Assembly: GCA_964564925.1 (NCBI GenBank)
Contig: CAZMBY010000002.1
Coordinates: 10,028 to 74,027, forward strand
Length of the DNA stretch: 64,000 nt
Direction of reading: 5' to 3'
Source of the DNA: an uncultured Methanosarcinales archaeon
GTDB taxonomy: Archaea; Nanobdellota; Nanobdellia; Woesearchaeales; GW2011-AR4
This document shows positions 36,140 to 46,500 of the stretch, in pieces. The notes below the pieces were generated by a model. That model had not been told where the DNA came from. It ran no database searches and saw nothing but the letters and a program-made list of their open reading frames with translations. Both the position numbers and the translations under genes were made by a program. The first letter of the stretch is position 1; each line of letters begins with the position of its first letter.

Positions 36140-36583
36140 CTATTCCTTCCAAAAAATCAATACAAGCAAGATGACGCTCACAGTTATGGCGCTGTCTGCA
36201 AAATTAAAGACAGGCCACACCCTGAAGTCTATGAAGTCTATTACATGCCCATAAAAAATCCTGTCTATAACATTTCCAATCGTGCCGCCTAGCAGCAATC
36301 CAACGGCAAACTGCAGCAATCTTTCGCTCTGCTTGATTCTTTTCACATAGTGGAAAATCACAAGAATTACAATAAAGGATACCGCAATCAATGCAAGATT
36401 AAACCCTTTAAGCAAGCCAAATGCAGAGCCTGTGTTTGTTATGTGAGTTAAATGGAGAAAATTCTTGATTATGGGAAGTGACTGGTTCAATTGGAGATAA
36501 CTCATAACCAACAATTTGGCAAATTGATCCAGGAGAATGACAAATATAGCTGTAATGAATACAAATTTACTTTTTTTAATCAT
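36140..36583 (-). CDS. lspA: Lipoprotein signal peptidase (signal peptidase II)
   Basis: LLDQFAKLLV, ITNTGSAFGLL, GGTIGNVIDRIFYGHVIDFIDF, WPVFNFADSAITVSV. This is the full set of LspA signature blocks in a 147-aa 4-TM protein. A minus-strand TATA (36614..36607) lies 31 nt before the ATG. Confidence 0.9.
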   Translation of the reverse strand: MIKKSKFVFITAIFVILLDQFAKLLVMSYLQLNQSLPIIKNFLHLTHITNTGSAFGLLKGFNLALIAVSFIVILVIFHYVKRIKQSERLLQFAVGLLLGGTIGNVIDRIFYGHVIDFIDFRVWPVFNFADSAITVSVILLVLIFWKE

Positions 36584-36619
36584 AAGGATAAAACCAAGAA
36601 TGCGCCTATAAAAATCTTT

Positions 36620-36991
36620 TCAATAATACCTTCTCTTTCTGCCTTCCTCTTGCTCGCCCCTGGCCATTGCTTCTATGTTGGTAAGCCTTTGGTTTATGCT
36701 GTCAAGCGACGCTTTCAGCGCATCCAGCTTGCTCGATATGACCTCAAGGTTCTTTGAAGCTATGTAGCTGTCGTTGGCATAAGATGGTTGCTGGAAAGTT
36801 TGCTGCTGATAAGAAGGGTATTTCTGGAATGGCTGCTGCATTTGCGTTCCGGCATCTATCCCCATCCCCAAATCAGGCGAAGGGCCTGTGCTTATGTCAA
36901 GGCCAAGGTCTTTTCCCATGCCTAAGTCCTTGCCAATATCGTCTAGGTCGTCTTTTTTCTTCCAGAATGCCAGCTTGCCAAATACACTCAT
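36620..36991 (-). CDS. Small hypothetical protein with C-terminal coiled coil
   Basis: gaggtga SD. Low-complexity DLG/MG repeats, a Q-rich stretch, then NLEVISSKLDALKASLDSINQRLTNIEAM. Confidence 0.55.
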   Translation of the reverse strand: MSVFGKLAFWKKKDDLDDIGKDLGMGKDLGLDISTGPSPDLGMGIDAGTQMQQPFQKYPSYQQQTFQQPSYANDSYIASKNLEVISSKLDALKASLDSINQRLTNIEAMARGEQEEGRKRRYY

Positions 36992-37126
36992 CTCTTCACC
37001 TCTTTTCAGAACTTTGTGGGAATGTGTATATAAACATTTTGATTAACTGGATTTGTACATTAATTATTTTCTGTATTTTTATTAATGGTGTTTGCACATA
37101 AATAAATACCTTCCGATATTCTACAT

Positions 37127-37140
37127 AAGTTATTTAAATA
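37127..37140 (+). promoter_or_regulatory. BRE/TATA promoter (leaderless)
   Basis: aagttatttaaata. TATA starts at 37133, 29 nt before ATG 37162. Confidence 0.5.
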
Positions 37141-37161
37141 TTAAGAAATCTTCGATATAAT

Positions 37162-38250
37162 ATGAGGATTGTAGCTTTTGATTCACGAAGAGTTCTACGA
37201 AAGAAACCCCAAGTTATTATTAAGGAGCAAAATTTAGAGCAAGTAAAGTTAGATGAAGTGCTACAGCCCGATTTTAAAGCCCTTCTTGGAATAGGTGTTA
37301 CAATCACAGATTATAAAATGTTCGCATCTGAGTATAATAAAGTAATGGATGAATGTTTTAAATCAAATGGATTTTCTCGGAGTAGGACTATATATAAAGG
37401 CAGTGACTTATTATCTATTTTTCATGGTGCAGGCATAGATATAATTCCATTAGTTGCTGAAAAATTAATCCCCCATATCGGCTTTATTGATATATACTAT
37501 TCATACTTTGTCCCACAATCAAATTCTGAAAAAACTCAGTTAATAGGGATATATTGGGAAGAACAATTAGAAAGAAAAACACCAGTAGAATTTCTTGATT
37601 TGGTAGAAGGCCCATATCCCGCTCTTTGTTGTTATGCATTCATAAATTCTTTGCATTCCAAAGTAGAGCAGACATATCTAATGGACCATTGTCCTGGCCT
37701 AAGACCAAGCGAAGCCATAAAAAGTGTCATAAGAACTGATTCAACGCGCTTTATTTTTAAAGGGGACCAAGCAAATTATGCTATTAGTGCAGCCGATATA
37801 ATCTGTAAGTATATTGATATTCAATGCTTAAAAAATGGATTTTATTTGAACAAAGATATGGTTCAAAAGCTAAATTTTGATGAAAAAAAGTTTCAAACAA
37901 CCTTTATTGGCCCAAGTTGGTTAAGACAAATCAAACCTTCTCGTAATATATTACTTGATGTTTCTCACAAATATCCACACCCCATTTTTTTCTTCTTTCC
38001 AGACAGTCAAGGACCTTTTTCCAATAAGTCAAAGGATGTTCTCGAGGAATCTCAACTATTTAGCATGGCTCTGGATAAATCTTGTGAATTAGGAGGTTGC
38101 GTAAAATTTTTTGAACCGATTGACCAAAAGTATATAACAGAAGATGATTTCCTTGTCGAGCATAGTAAACTAAGCTTAGAGAAGATAGACGAATTGAAGA
38201 AATTAGCATGTCCAGCCCAAAAAATCGACTCAATATTCTTTAAAAAATAA
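37162..38250 (+). CDS. Orphan cytoplasmic protein in an AT-rich island (family not confidently recognised)
   Basis: 362 aa with no TM. Only a weak resemblance to DUF3800-type proteins (N-terminal RIVAFDSRR strand and the later YAISAADIICKYI motif). Treat as unassigned. Confidence 0.55.
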   Translation: MRIVAFDSRRVLRKKPQVIIKEQNLEQVKLDEVLQPDFKALLGIGVTITDYKMFASEYNKVMDECFKSNGFSRSRTIYKGSDLLSIFHGAGIDIIPLVAEKLIPHIGFIDIYYSYFVPQSNSEKTQLIGIYWEEQLERKTPVEFLDLVEGPYPALCCYAFINSLHSKVEQTYLMDHCPGLRPSEAIKSVIRTDSTRFIFKGDQANYAISAADIICKYIDIQCLKNGFYLNKDMVQKLNFDEKKFQTTFIGPSWLRQIKPSRNILLDVSHKYPHPIFFFFPDSQGPFSNKSKDVLEESQLFSMALDKSCELGGCVKFFEPIDQKYITEDDFLVEHSKLSLEKIDELKKLACPAQKIDSIFFKK

Positions 38251-38638
38251 AAATTGTAATACAATTACTCTAAGCGTATTATCTCCTGGTCTGGAAATAA
38301 CACAGAATTTGTTTGTAAGAACAAGTATTTAAATATTTCTATTCTCTAGTATATACTACTATAAAATGATGAATGTTAATTAAAAATCTTTGTATTTGAT
38401 TAAGCTTCCAAATTTTCTTCAAAATCATCTGAATCTAATTGATGTTTCTTTAGCAATTTTTCCTTCTTTTGAAGGTTATTGTTTTGTTAATAAAAATGAT
38501 AATCTTGGCAAAATGCTTGGCTCACAACCTTTGCGTTCTGATTCAGGCGTCGCTGGAAATTGGAATTGAGCTTGATTTTGAAAAACGTGCAGAAATACCG
38601 ATTGCACATAAATAGGGTTAATAAAAGTGCAAAGCTGA

Positions 38639-38794
38639 TTAACTGCCTTTCAATACGATATACATAAGCGCAAGAAAGAATAAGATAGTGCTTATTAAGA
38701 AGAACATCCTGAAAAATTTCTCGAATATCCTGTTCACAAAGAACATCAGGAGAAGATAAATGATGACAGCTCCTGCAATCAGCGTAAGGTTCAT
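38639..38794 (-). CDS. Possible 51-aa two-TM micro-protein
   Basis: Not in the ORF track (<60 aa). Reverse-strand ATG at 38794 and TAA at 38639..38641. MNLTLIAGAVIIYLLLMFFVNRIFEKFFRMFFLISTILFFLALMYIVLKGS. Confidence 0.3.
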   Translation of the reverse strand: MNLTLIAGAVIIYLLLMFFVNRIFEKFFRMFFLISTILFFLALMYIVLKGS

Positions 38795-39077
38795 TTTAGT
38801 TGGATTTTGCCATGAAAGTTTTTGTTATATCAACAAATCGGTTTATTGGGATTTTTTGGATGAAACGCATTTCTTAAACACCTTATTTCACAATATCAAA
38901 ATCAATGTGTTATGCCTATTAAATAACTTTTCGCTATTTTGCAGGCTGCGTATAAAATCTTTCTGGAATTGCAAATGAGAATATAGACTATTTCTTCATT
39001 TGTCTTTTTTGTAGTTTTATGATAAATGGTGCATTTCTGATATCTCAGCTCTTAGTTCCGTATTAATAAGTGAAAAC

Positions 39078-39091
39078 AAAAACTATAAATA
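39078..39091 (+). promoter_or_regulatory. BRE/TATA promoter (leaderless)
   Basis: aaaaactataaata. TATA starts at 39084, 30 nt before ATG 39114. Confidence 0.5.
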
Positions 39092-39113
39092 GACTGGTTA
39101 GGAAATTAGAATC

Positions 39114-40142
39114 ATGCCTATAGGAGGAATTACAGGAATCAAGGGTAGCGGAGTCTATTATCCAAAGAAGAAGATCAAGGTCGAGGAGATTGCTCAGGTT
39201 TACCACCTTGACCCTGACGACATAATTCAAGACCATGGAATCAAAGAGATCCATGTTGCAGACCATAAGGAGACGGAGTTCTATATGGCTGCCAAAGCGA
39301 CAAAGGCTGCCTTAAGCGATTCCAGGGTAAACCCGAGAAACATTGACCTTGTGATCTATTGCAATGCATTGACAATGAAGAAATCCACTTTTCCATGTTC
39401 CTCCAGAATAATTGAAGAAGTCAAGGCAAAAGACGCTTACGGCTTTGACATCGACGCTGGATTCATAGGCGGATTGATCGGAATCGACATAGCGAACCAC
39501 ATTGTTGCTAATAATGTAAACATACAAAACGCTATCGTTGTTGCCAGCCAGGAATTTGACGAGATGTACCTATTTGGCAATGACCCGTCGCGCAATAAGC
39601 ACATGATTTTTGGGGATGGCTCAGCAGCTGTAATATTGAGCAAGGAAGCCCAGAACAATAAAATCCTCACGTCAAATTTTGTAGTTGACCATTACACGGG
39701 CTTTATAAGGGAGCTGCTGAAAGACAAATACAAAAGCAAGTCATTAATCATGAAGCTGGTGAACAGCCTGGATGCTTTGGCGATAGTCAAGAATTTCAGG
39801 GATAAGGATGTTATTTCCAAGCTTACAGAAAGATGGGTGGCCAACAGCTACAGGGCGCTTTATGCCTGCATGAAATCAATAAACCTTGACATTGCCGACA
39901 TAAACCATTTTGTGAAGACTCAATTGTCGCTGAAGGAAACAGAATTATTGACCAAAAAGCTGAATTTAGACAAGAATGATGTTTATAATGCTTCATTTGA
40001 AAAAGGGCATCTTGGGCACGCAGACATACTCTCCAATCTGCACATTGCGCTTAAAAATCCCGAGATGAGAAATCTGGATATAATCGCCCTTGTCGCCGCT
40101 AATTATGATTGCTCTTCTGGTGCGATTGTTTTGAGGAGATGA
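39114..40142 (+). CDS. FabH/KAS III-like thiolase-fold protein lacking the nucleophilic Cys
   Basis: Aligns by eye to FabH along its full length (IKGSGVYYPKK..., FGDGSAAVIL, C-terminal SSGAIVLRR). The active-site block reads GFDIDAGFIGGL, with Phe where FabH has Cys. The His position is kept (NHFVKTQ). The Asn position reads GHLGHAD. Confidence 0.65.
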   Translation: MPIGGITGIKGSGVYYPKKKIKVEEIAQVYHLDPDDIIQDHGIKEIHVADHKETEFYMAAKATKAALSDSRVNPRNIDLVIYCNALTMKKSTFPCSSRIIEEVKAKDAYGFDIDAGFIGGLIGIDIANHIVANNVNIQNAIVVASQEFDEMYLFGNDPSRNKHMIFGDGSAAVILSKEAQNNKILTSNFVVDHYTGFIRELLKDKYKSKSLIMKLVNSLDALAIVKNFRDKDVISKLTERWVANSYRALYACMKSINLDIADINHFVKTQLSLKETELLTKKLNLDKNDVYNASFEKGHLGHADILSNLHIALKNPEMRNLDIIALVAANYDCSSGAIVLRR

Positions 40143-40334
40143 CTGCCTATAAATCTCCAATTTCCGGCGTTGTATAAAATGTGGTTTTGGCATCTTTATT
40201 TGTGAGCATTACTTACCAACAATTTCAGCAAAAAGGAAATTGCAATGGGAATTTTTGCTATCAACTGCAAAATTACATGCGAACTGATGCCAAAACAAAC
40301 TAAGGACGACTTTTTACACAAAGCTCCAATTTCC

Positions 40335-40348
40335 GAAAACTTTAAATA
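40335..40348 (+). promoter_or_regulatory. BRE/TATA promoter of pilin operon 2 (leadered, with SD)
   Basis: gaaaactttaaata. TATA starts at 40341, 55 nt before ATG 40396, the same spacing as the locus-1 pilin promoter. SD gaggt at 40385..40389. Confidence 0.5.
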
Positions 40349-40395
40349 TAAGGGTCATAAGTAAATAATCTAAATATAAAAAAAGAGGTATTAAA

Positions 40396-40908
40396 ATGGT
40401 GAATGCTAAGGGACAATTGGCTGTAGAGACCATGATAATATATGGTCTGGTTATTCTTGTTGCGCTTTCTGTTGTTGGTTTTCTGATATACTTCAATATT
40501 TTAGACCTGGGATCTTATTTGCCAGACCAATGCAATTTAGGCGGCATTGGCGACTTGAAATGCGAGGAGATGAAATTGACAGATACTGACTTTGAGTTGG
40601 GCATAAGGAACTCAGGCCAAAGGCCAATTTCAGCACTTAAAGTTACCGTGACAGATGACCTTGCTGTGCATTTCAGCACAGAAGTCAGTGGAGATGCAGT
40701 AGACCTTGCCGGTGATGCAATTAGCGACACCAACTCATTAGCACCAGGCGATGTTGTAAAAGTCGTGCTGGAAGATTCAAGCGGCAATCCTATAGGCGGC
40801 GAGGCAGGCAAAGTCTTGCGGGGCTCGATTAAGACAGAATATGAGTATAAAGACGGAGCAATAACACAAGAGGCATCCGGCACAATTAGGATAAAGGCAG
40901 TAAAGTAA
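40396..40908 (+). CDS. Archaeal type IV pilin-like protein
   Basis: MVNAKG|QLAVETMIIYGLVILVALSVVG. Cys pair CNLGGIGDLKCEEM. Confidence 0.85.
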   Translation: MVNAKGQLAVETMIIYGLVILVALSVVGFLIYFNILDLGSYLPDQCNLGGIGDLKCEEMKLTDTDFELGIRNSGQRPISALKVTVTDDLAVHFSTEVSGDAVDLAGDAISDTNSLAPGDVVKVVLEDSSGNPIGGEAGKVLRGSIKTEYEYKDGAITQEASGTIRIKAVK

Positions 40909-41022
40909 TAATATTTGTTTTTGAGTTTATCGCATCACAGCAAATCACTTAACAATCTGTATTCATTAAAAAGAGGTGGATAGGTAAACTCCATCATTTT
41001 CTGCAAGGTGTGGAGTAAGTTT

Positions 41023-41556
41023 ATGCTTAATGGCAAATCGCAAATATCAATTGAGTACCTGATTCTTACCGGATTTATAGTTCTTGCGATTGCAATTTCT
41101 TCCGCGCTTTTTTTGCGGACTTTTTTCAGCTCCAGCGCATACGATGTGCTCAACACCCAGAAGATACACGATTTGGGAGATGATTTGGCTAAGAAAGCAA
41201 AGCAGATATATTATCTCGGCCTTTATTCGAAGCAGAGTGTTGTTTATGAAGTTCCAAAAAATGTGGAAAAGATGTTCATCGTTGAGCTTACCAAAGGTTC
41301 AGATCATTTCTATTATTTTGCAATTCATATAATGGACAAAGACTTGAAAAAATATTATTTTATTTCTGATGTGCCGTTAATGTCGCAGGATGCTTTTGTT
41401 GACACAACAATCATGATTCCGGAATGCAGCGTTCCCGGCACATCCTGCAAGTTTTACAGCTTCAAAGGCAACCTAATCCTTGAGGGCAAGAGGGTATTCA
41501 AGCTTGAAACAAGGCTGGATGGCAACCAGGCAAAAGTATCCATCACCCCGGGCTAA
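41023..41556 (+). CDS. Archaeal type IV pilin-like protein
   Basis: ATG 41023 lies 7 nt after ggag. MLNGKS|QISIEYLILTGFIVLAIAI. Confidence 0.8.
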   Translation: MLNGKSQISIEYLILTGFIVLAIAISSALFLRTFFSSSAYDVLNTQKIHDLGDDLAKKAKQIYYLGLYSKQSVVYEVPKNVEKMFIVELTKGSDHFYYFAIHIMDKDLKKYYFISDVPLMSQDAFVDTTIMIPECSVPGTSCKFYSFKGNLILEGKRVFKLETRLDGNQAKVSITPG

Positions 41557-41557
41557 A

Positions 41558-41974
41558 ATGGCAAAATCGCAAATCTCCTTTGAATTCATCGTAGTTTTTG
41601 CTTTTGTGCTTTTTGCTTTTATGGTACTGGTTAACTTCTTCCCTATAGGCCTGAAATCAGGCAACTCGACTGAAGGGCTGGCGCAAAAATTGGCCAAGGA
41701 AATCAAAGTTAAGGCAATAACAGCCTCGCTTGCAAGGTCTGATTTTGAAGGGAACATAAGCTTGCCGAAAAGGCTAAATAATGCCGATATACAAATAGAG
41801 GTGTACAAGGATCCCGATAACCTGGTAAACATCAGAGAAAAAACCAAATCCAGCTTGCTTGCAATGGCGTTCTTGCCTGAAGTAAATTCTTACAATGTAA
41901 TGGATCCAGACGGCGCGATTCTTACAATTAGAAAAGACTACTCAACAAGTACCTTAAGCATTACGAGGCAATAA
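41558..41974 (+). CDS. Archaeal type IV pilin-like protein
   Basis: ATG 41558 lies 2 nt after the upstream stop. MAKS|QISFEFIVVFAFVLFAFMVLV. Confidence 0.8.
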   Translation: MAKSQISFEFIVVFAFVLFAFMVLVNFFPIGLKSGNSTEGLAQKLAKEIKVKAITASLARSDFEGNISLPKRLNNADIQIEVYKDPDNLVNIREKTKSSLLAMAFLPEVNSYNVMDPDGAILTIRKDYSTSTLSITRQ

Positions 41975-41975
41975 C

Positions 41976-42563
41976 ATGAGTAAAATGCGAAAGAGAGGGC
42001 AAATTGTGACTTTTGACCTTGTGATAGGTATCATAATATTTGTGCTTTTCCTGGGCATACTTATAGGCACAGTCTTTTATTTTCAGAACAAGGATGTTGC
42101 TATGGAACAGGATTTTGAAATTGAATACATATTTTCTAATTTTGAAAACAACCTGGAAATCAATGAAAAAACGAACCCCTCAACAAACATAGATTTTATC
42201 AAGGATTACAGGGTTGACAAGGACAAGCTAACCAGCTTCTTTGTTGAATTTGAGGATAAGAGCATTGATGACTATGTGATGTCAAATGTGGAAGATGCGC
42301 ACGGCATTGGGCTAAGCAGCTTTGCATATGATTCATGCCTTTATTTCACCGACAATGATGGGTCAAGGCTCATTATAAATGGGATGGAGTCTGTTGGCAA
42401 GGTTAAAGGTGGCACATGCAATCAAAAAATAATCTCTTCAGAGAGTCCCTGTGAGATGTATTCGCAGGCTATTTCCATTTTCAAGCCTGTTTTGTATGAC
42501 GAAAAGGATGTTCAAAAAAACAGGATACTCCAGATGAGCTTGGTATTGTGCAGGGCAAGATGA
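41976..42563 (+). CDS. Minor pilin-like protein
   Basis: MSKMRKRG|QIVTFDLVIGIIIFVLFLGILIG. Confidence 0.75.
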   Translation: MSKMRKRGQIVTFDLVIGIIIFVLFLGILIGTVFYFQNKDVAMEQDFEIEYIFSNFENNLEINEKTNPSTNIDFIKDYRVDKDKLTSFFVEFEDKSIDDYVMSNVEDAHGIGLSSFAYDSCLYFTDNDGSRLIINGMESVGKVKGGTCNQKIISSESPCEMYSQAISIFKPVLYDEKDVQKNRILQMSLVLCRAR

Positions 42564-43033
42564 GGAATAAAAAAGGCTATATTTTTGTAACTGATGTTGC
42601 AGTAGCAATAACGATAATGATAATAGCCGCAGCCCTGTTTTTTTACAATTACAGGCCAACTCAAAGGACAGCATATTACAACGAGCAGCTTTCAAGGGAT
42701 GTGATTGGGGTCTTGTCAATCACCAAGATAAGCGATTTGTGCGTAAACCCCGGCAGTGCCGTTAGCTGCGATTGTCCGAATTATGACAACCTCACAAGAA
42801 TCGTCTGCAGCGGCATAAACATAAAGGATTTTGACGCAGACTTGCTTTCAATGACAAGTGAGCTGATAGAGGCAAGCTCTGTTGACGGGCAAGTTGTTAA
42901 GGACCTTGTCAGGAACATTTTTGTGGACAAAAGAGTGATTGACGAAAAAAGATTTGGATTTGCTGTCCTGTACACCGCTCCCGGCTATCCATTGCCATTG
43001 GAGCTCTACAACACTGAAACCTACGGAAAATAA
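42560..43033 (+). CDS. Minor pilin-like protein
   Basis: ATGA overlap with the upstream stop. MRNKKG|YIFVTDVAVAITIMIIAAALFF. Confidence 0.75.
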   Translation: MRNKKGYIFVTDVAVAITIMIIAAALFFYNYRPTQRTAYYNEQLSRDVIGVLSITKISDLCVNPGSAVSCDCPNYDNLTRIVCSGINIKDFDADLLSMTSELIEASSVDGQVVKDLVRNIFVDKRVIDEKRFGFAVLYTAPGYPLPLELYNTETYGK

Positions 43034-43039
43034 CTAAAA

Positions 43040-43552
43040 ATGGAATCTGCAACCAAAAAGAGGATAGCGATAATTTTGGTAATTGCCACGCTGTTAGTTC
43101 TCTTTGGATTTTATTTTTCAAAATACTACAAAGAAGGAACCCCAATAAAGCCTGCTGGAAATGAGGAGATGCCGCAGGAGCAAGACAAAGCAACAGAGAC
43201 TGAAGCGCCTCAAGATTATGAGCAAATTAAAAAAGATGTTGCAACAGGAAAGATTGCTGATGTCCCTCTGAATTTCAACGAGACAAAAGAACTTGTTGTG
43301 CTGGAATACCTGAGTGACTGCTATTTTGAAAAGAACATTGAAAAAAAAGTGAAATGCTATGAGGAATACTATGTTGGAAATGACCAAGGGATAAATCAGC
43401 GAAGGGAGGATTGCAAGGCTTTAACAGGCATAGATAGTGAAAAATGCCTTGACCAGTTCTATTACAAGCTTGGGACAGAATCGTCAAGAATCTTTTGCAG
43501 TGGAATTAAGAATGCGGAGCTAAAGAATGAATGCGAAGAACAATCAGAGTAA
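43040..43552 (+). CDS. Membrane-anchored Cys-containing hypothetical protein, pilus locus 2
   Basis: N-terminal TM IAIILVIATLLVLFGFYF. 6 Cys in the C-terminal half. Confidence 0.6.
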   Translation: MESATKKRIAIILVIATLLVLFGFYFSKYYKEGTPIKPAGNEEMPQEQDKATETEAPQDYEQIKKDVATGKIADVPLNFNETKELVVLEYLSDCYFEKNIEKKVKCYEEYYVGNDQGINQRREDCKALTGIDSEKCLDQFYYKLGTESSRIFCSGIKNAELKNECEEQSE

Positions 43553-46500
43553 ACACAGAAAGGTATTAAGAACGAGCTTATTGTTGCTCGCATTAGTGGC
43601 ATTTTTAGTCCTGACACTTGAGAGTGCAATTGCATTGGATGTGACGAAATTTGACACAAACCAGGATAAATTAACTTTCATTTTTCCTTCAGGAGGAGAA
43701 TCTCATCCCTATTCAATTACCCTGCCTAATGGCACAATAACAAAAGCTAGCATGATGATTGAAGGCTTTGATGTGGAGGGCAAGAAAGCGACTCCGGCAG
43801 ATGTCATGATAGTCACAGATGTTTCTGGAAGCATGAAAGATGACTGCGATGCTGGAACTATCGACGAGCCAGATAACGAATTTGAGACTCCCTGCAAGAT
43901 AAATGATGCAAAGAATGCAGCGATAGGTTTTCTAAACCAGGTTGTATTTTCAATAATTCATGTTGGCTTGGTGAGTTATTCTGACTGGGTTAACACAATA
44001 AAGGATTCTGTTTTGACAACTGACAAAAACTCCTTGACAGCACTTATAAGCAAATATAAGGCATCAGGCTCCACTAACATAGGAGGCGCAATTGACCTGG
44101 CAAATATTGAACTCACAAGCGCAAGGGCAAGGTCGGGTGCAAGAAAGTACATAATACTTCTTACCGACGGAAATGCAAAATGCTTCATCGATACGGACGG
44201 GCAAAAAAAATGTGCATCAGGCCAGAGTGGCCTGGACCAGGGGGCTGCTTTTGCAAAGTTAAAGGCACAGGATTCCAAGAACAACAACATAATCATTTAT
44301 GCCATCTCTTTCGGCGTGGACGCCAACAGGGACCTAATGAAGCAAATTGCCAGCATAACTAATGGCCAGGAATTCTTCGCCCCTGACGCATCAACGCTGC
44401 AGACAATATACAAGCAGATTGCCCAGGAAATTACTGTAACAGAGTTTCCAACGCCAAAGATAAAATCAACTGCCCCTATATCTTTAGCTGGTTGGAAGCA
44501 TAATACTCAATATTCCGGAGATTATATTTGGAATGATGCAGATTGCGGAGGAATAGGCGCAACCTGTCCGGATTACAGGGCTTTATTGCAGCAAAATCTT
44601 GATAAATGCACAACATATCCTTGTAAAATATCCTTTTCTGCTTCATCATCAACAATAGGCAGGCTTGACTTATCCGACCTCCTTATCCACCTCAATGAGC
44701 CACCGGTTGGAAATGCCCCGCCGCTTGGCAGCTGCAGGTTTGAGGCTTTGCCTTGCGTAGTTGATGCAAACAATCCTGCAATTGTAGTAAACCTTGATGA
44801 TGGCTCAATGGTGGCTGATCCCGACAATGCCAACAGCCAACTAGACTGGAAATACACCAACTCTGTAAAATCACCAACAGGCGCATTTTATACCTTCAGC
44901 AATAATTACAATTCAACCAGGAAACTTCCATTTTTTGTTGACTCCAATCATCTCAATGGCGTGTTTTGGGAAACCTTCTTCTTCAGCATTACAGATCCGC
45001 CGGGCGCAACAACCTCGTCATGCATTAACCTCAGTTATCAGGGATGCGGACTATTAAAGGTAAAAAATGACAAGATAGGATTTGACCAGAGCAAGTCACC
45101 TTATCAATACGACCTTGATGCTCTCATCGAAATCCACAGCACCAAGAATAACGATGGAAAGCTCTCATTCGAAATTCAAGGACTGGCCAATGGAATTTCT
45201 GACTGCTTTCAATTTACAGCCCCTGATGCAGCATCAAGAACTTCAATAACCCCACTTGACTTACAGGCAAATTGCACTGAAACAATTGAAGTGCAAGTGT
45301 CAGATGAAGTGTACGCAAGCCTTGGAACCCACATTGCTAACTTAACCATTAACTACACTTACACAAATCAGCCTCCAAAAGGGAATGCCCCGCCTCTGGG
45401 GCAATGCAGGCGCGAAGCAATCAAATGCCCCCAGACAAGCAAGCTAATCAATATAGACGACAAATCAATGGTGAATGACCCAGACAATGCCCCAAATGAG
45501 CTCAATTGGGCTTTTGATTTCTCAATAGAATCCCAAGGAGGCGCATTCTTAGGCTTTAACAATAATTACAATGATACAAGGCAACTTACATTTAGCGTTG
45601 ACATATCGCATCTTAATGAAATTTTTTGGGAAGCATTCTTCTTCAATGTAAGCGACCCATTTGCAGAATCAACATTGGCATGCGCGAACATTACATACGA
45701 AGGATGCGGCATATTAAAAGTTAAAAATGATTTTATACAATTCAATGATACACAGCAGCCATTCGACTATGATCTAAACAGCCTTATTGCTGCCTATAAT
45801 GTTGCAGGCAATAATGGAAACTTGTCAATTGAAATATTGGGCCTGGCAAACGGCGCCTCAAACTGTTTTATTTTTACAGTTCCGGATATATTAGGCCACA
45901 CCAAAATCACGGCATCAAATGCAAAATCCAATTGCACAGAAGTGATTAAAGTGCAGGCTTCTGACAAAGTATACCCTACCTTAGGGACACATATTGCAAA
46001 CTTAACAATCAATTACATTTACGCTCCTCCAACATTGGATATAGATGACAGAACTGTTTCTTTCACATACTCCTCCTTCCCAGGATACAAATACAATTTG
46101 TCTGGGATGGTTTCTGATTTAAATTTCATGCCGTGCCAATTCCAAGATGTTGAATTCACGCTTGAAATATCGAGCAATTTCCTGGTTGACGGCCCTGAGC
46201 CAAAAATGGGTATCATCACTATTGCTCCAAACAATCCTGATTGGACCACAGGCACCAGCGAAACAATACAAGTGGACGCTTCATGCAGCGACGGCACCAA
46301 TAATTATGTTGATACAGCTCGCCTGACAATGGTATACACTGCAACTGACGATCCTCCTAACGGGAAAATAACATGCAAATCTTCTATACCCTCATTTTTG
46401 CTGCCGACCGACATATTCAAAAACATTCCATTCACAAGCATATTTGATTTTAGCGGAAATTATGGGAGTATAAACAAATTAATTGAGGATTCAAGCTCAA

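Noticed and set aside
38760-38978. 72-aa ORF in the AT-rich gap.
   Set aside because: There is no TATA at the expected spacing and no SD. The translation is low-complexity. It partially overlaps the more plausible minus-strand micro-ORF. It is kept as non-coding.
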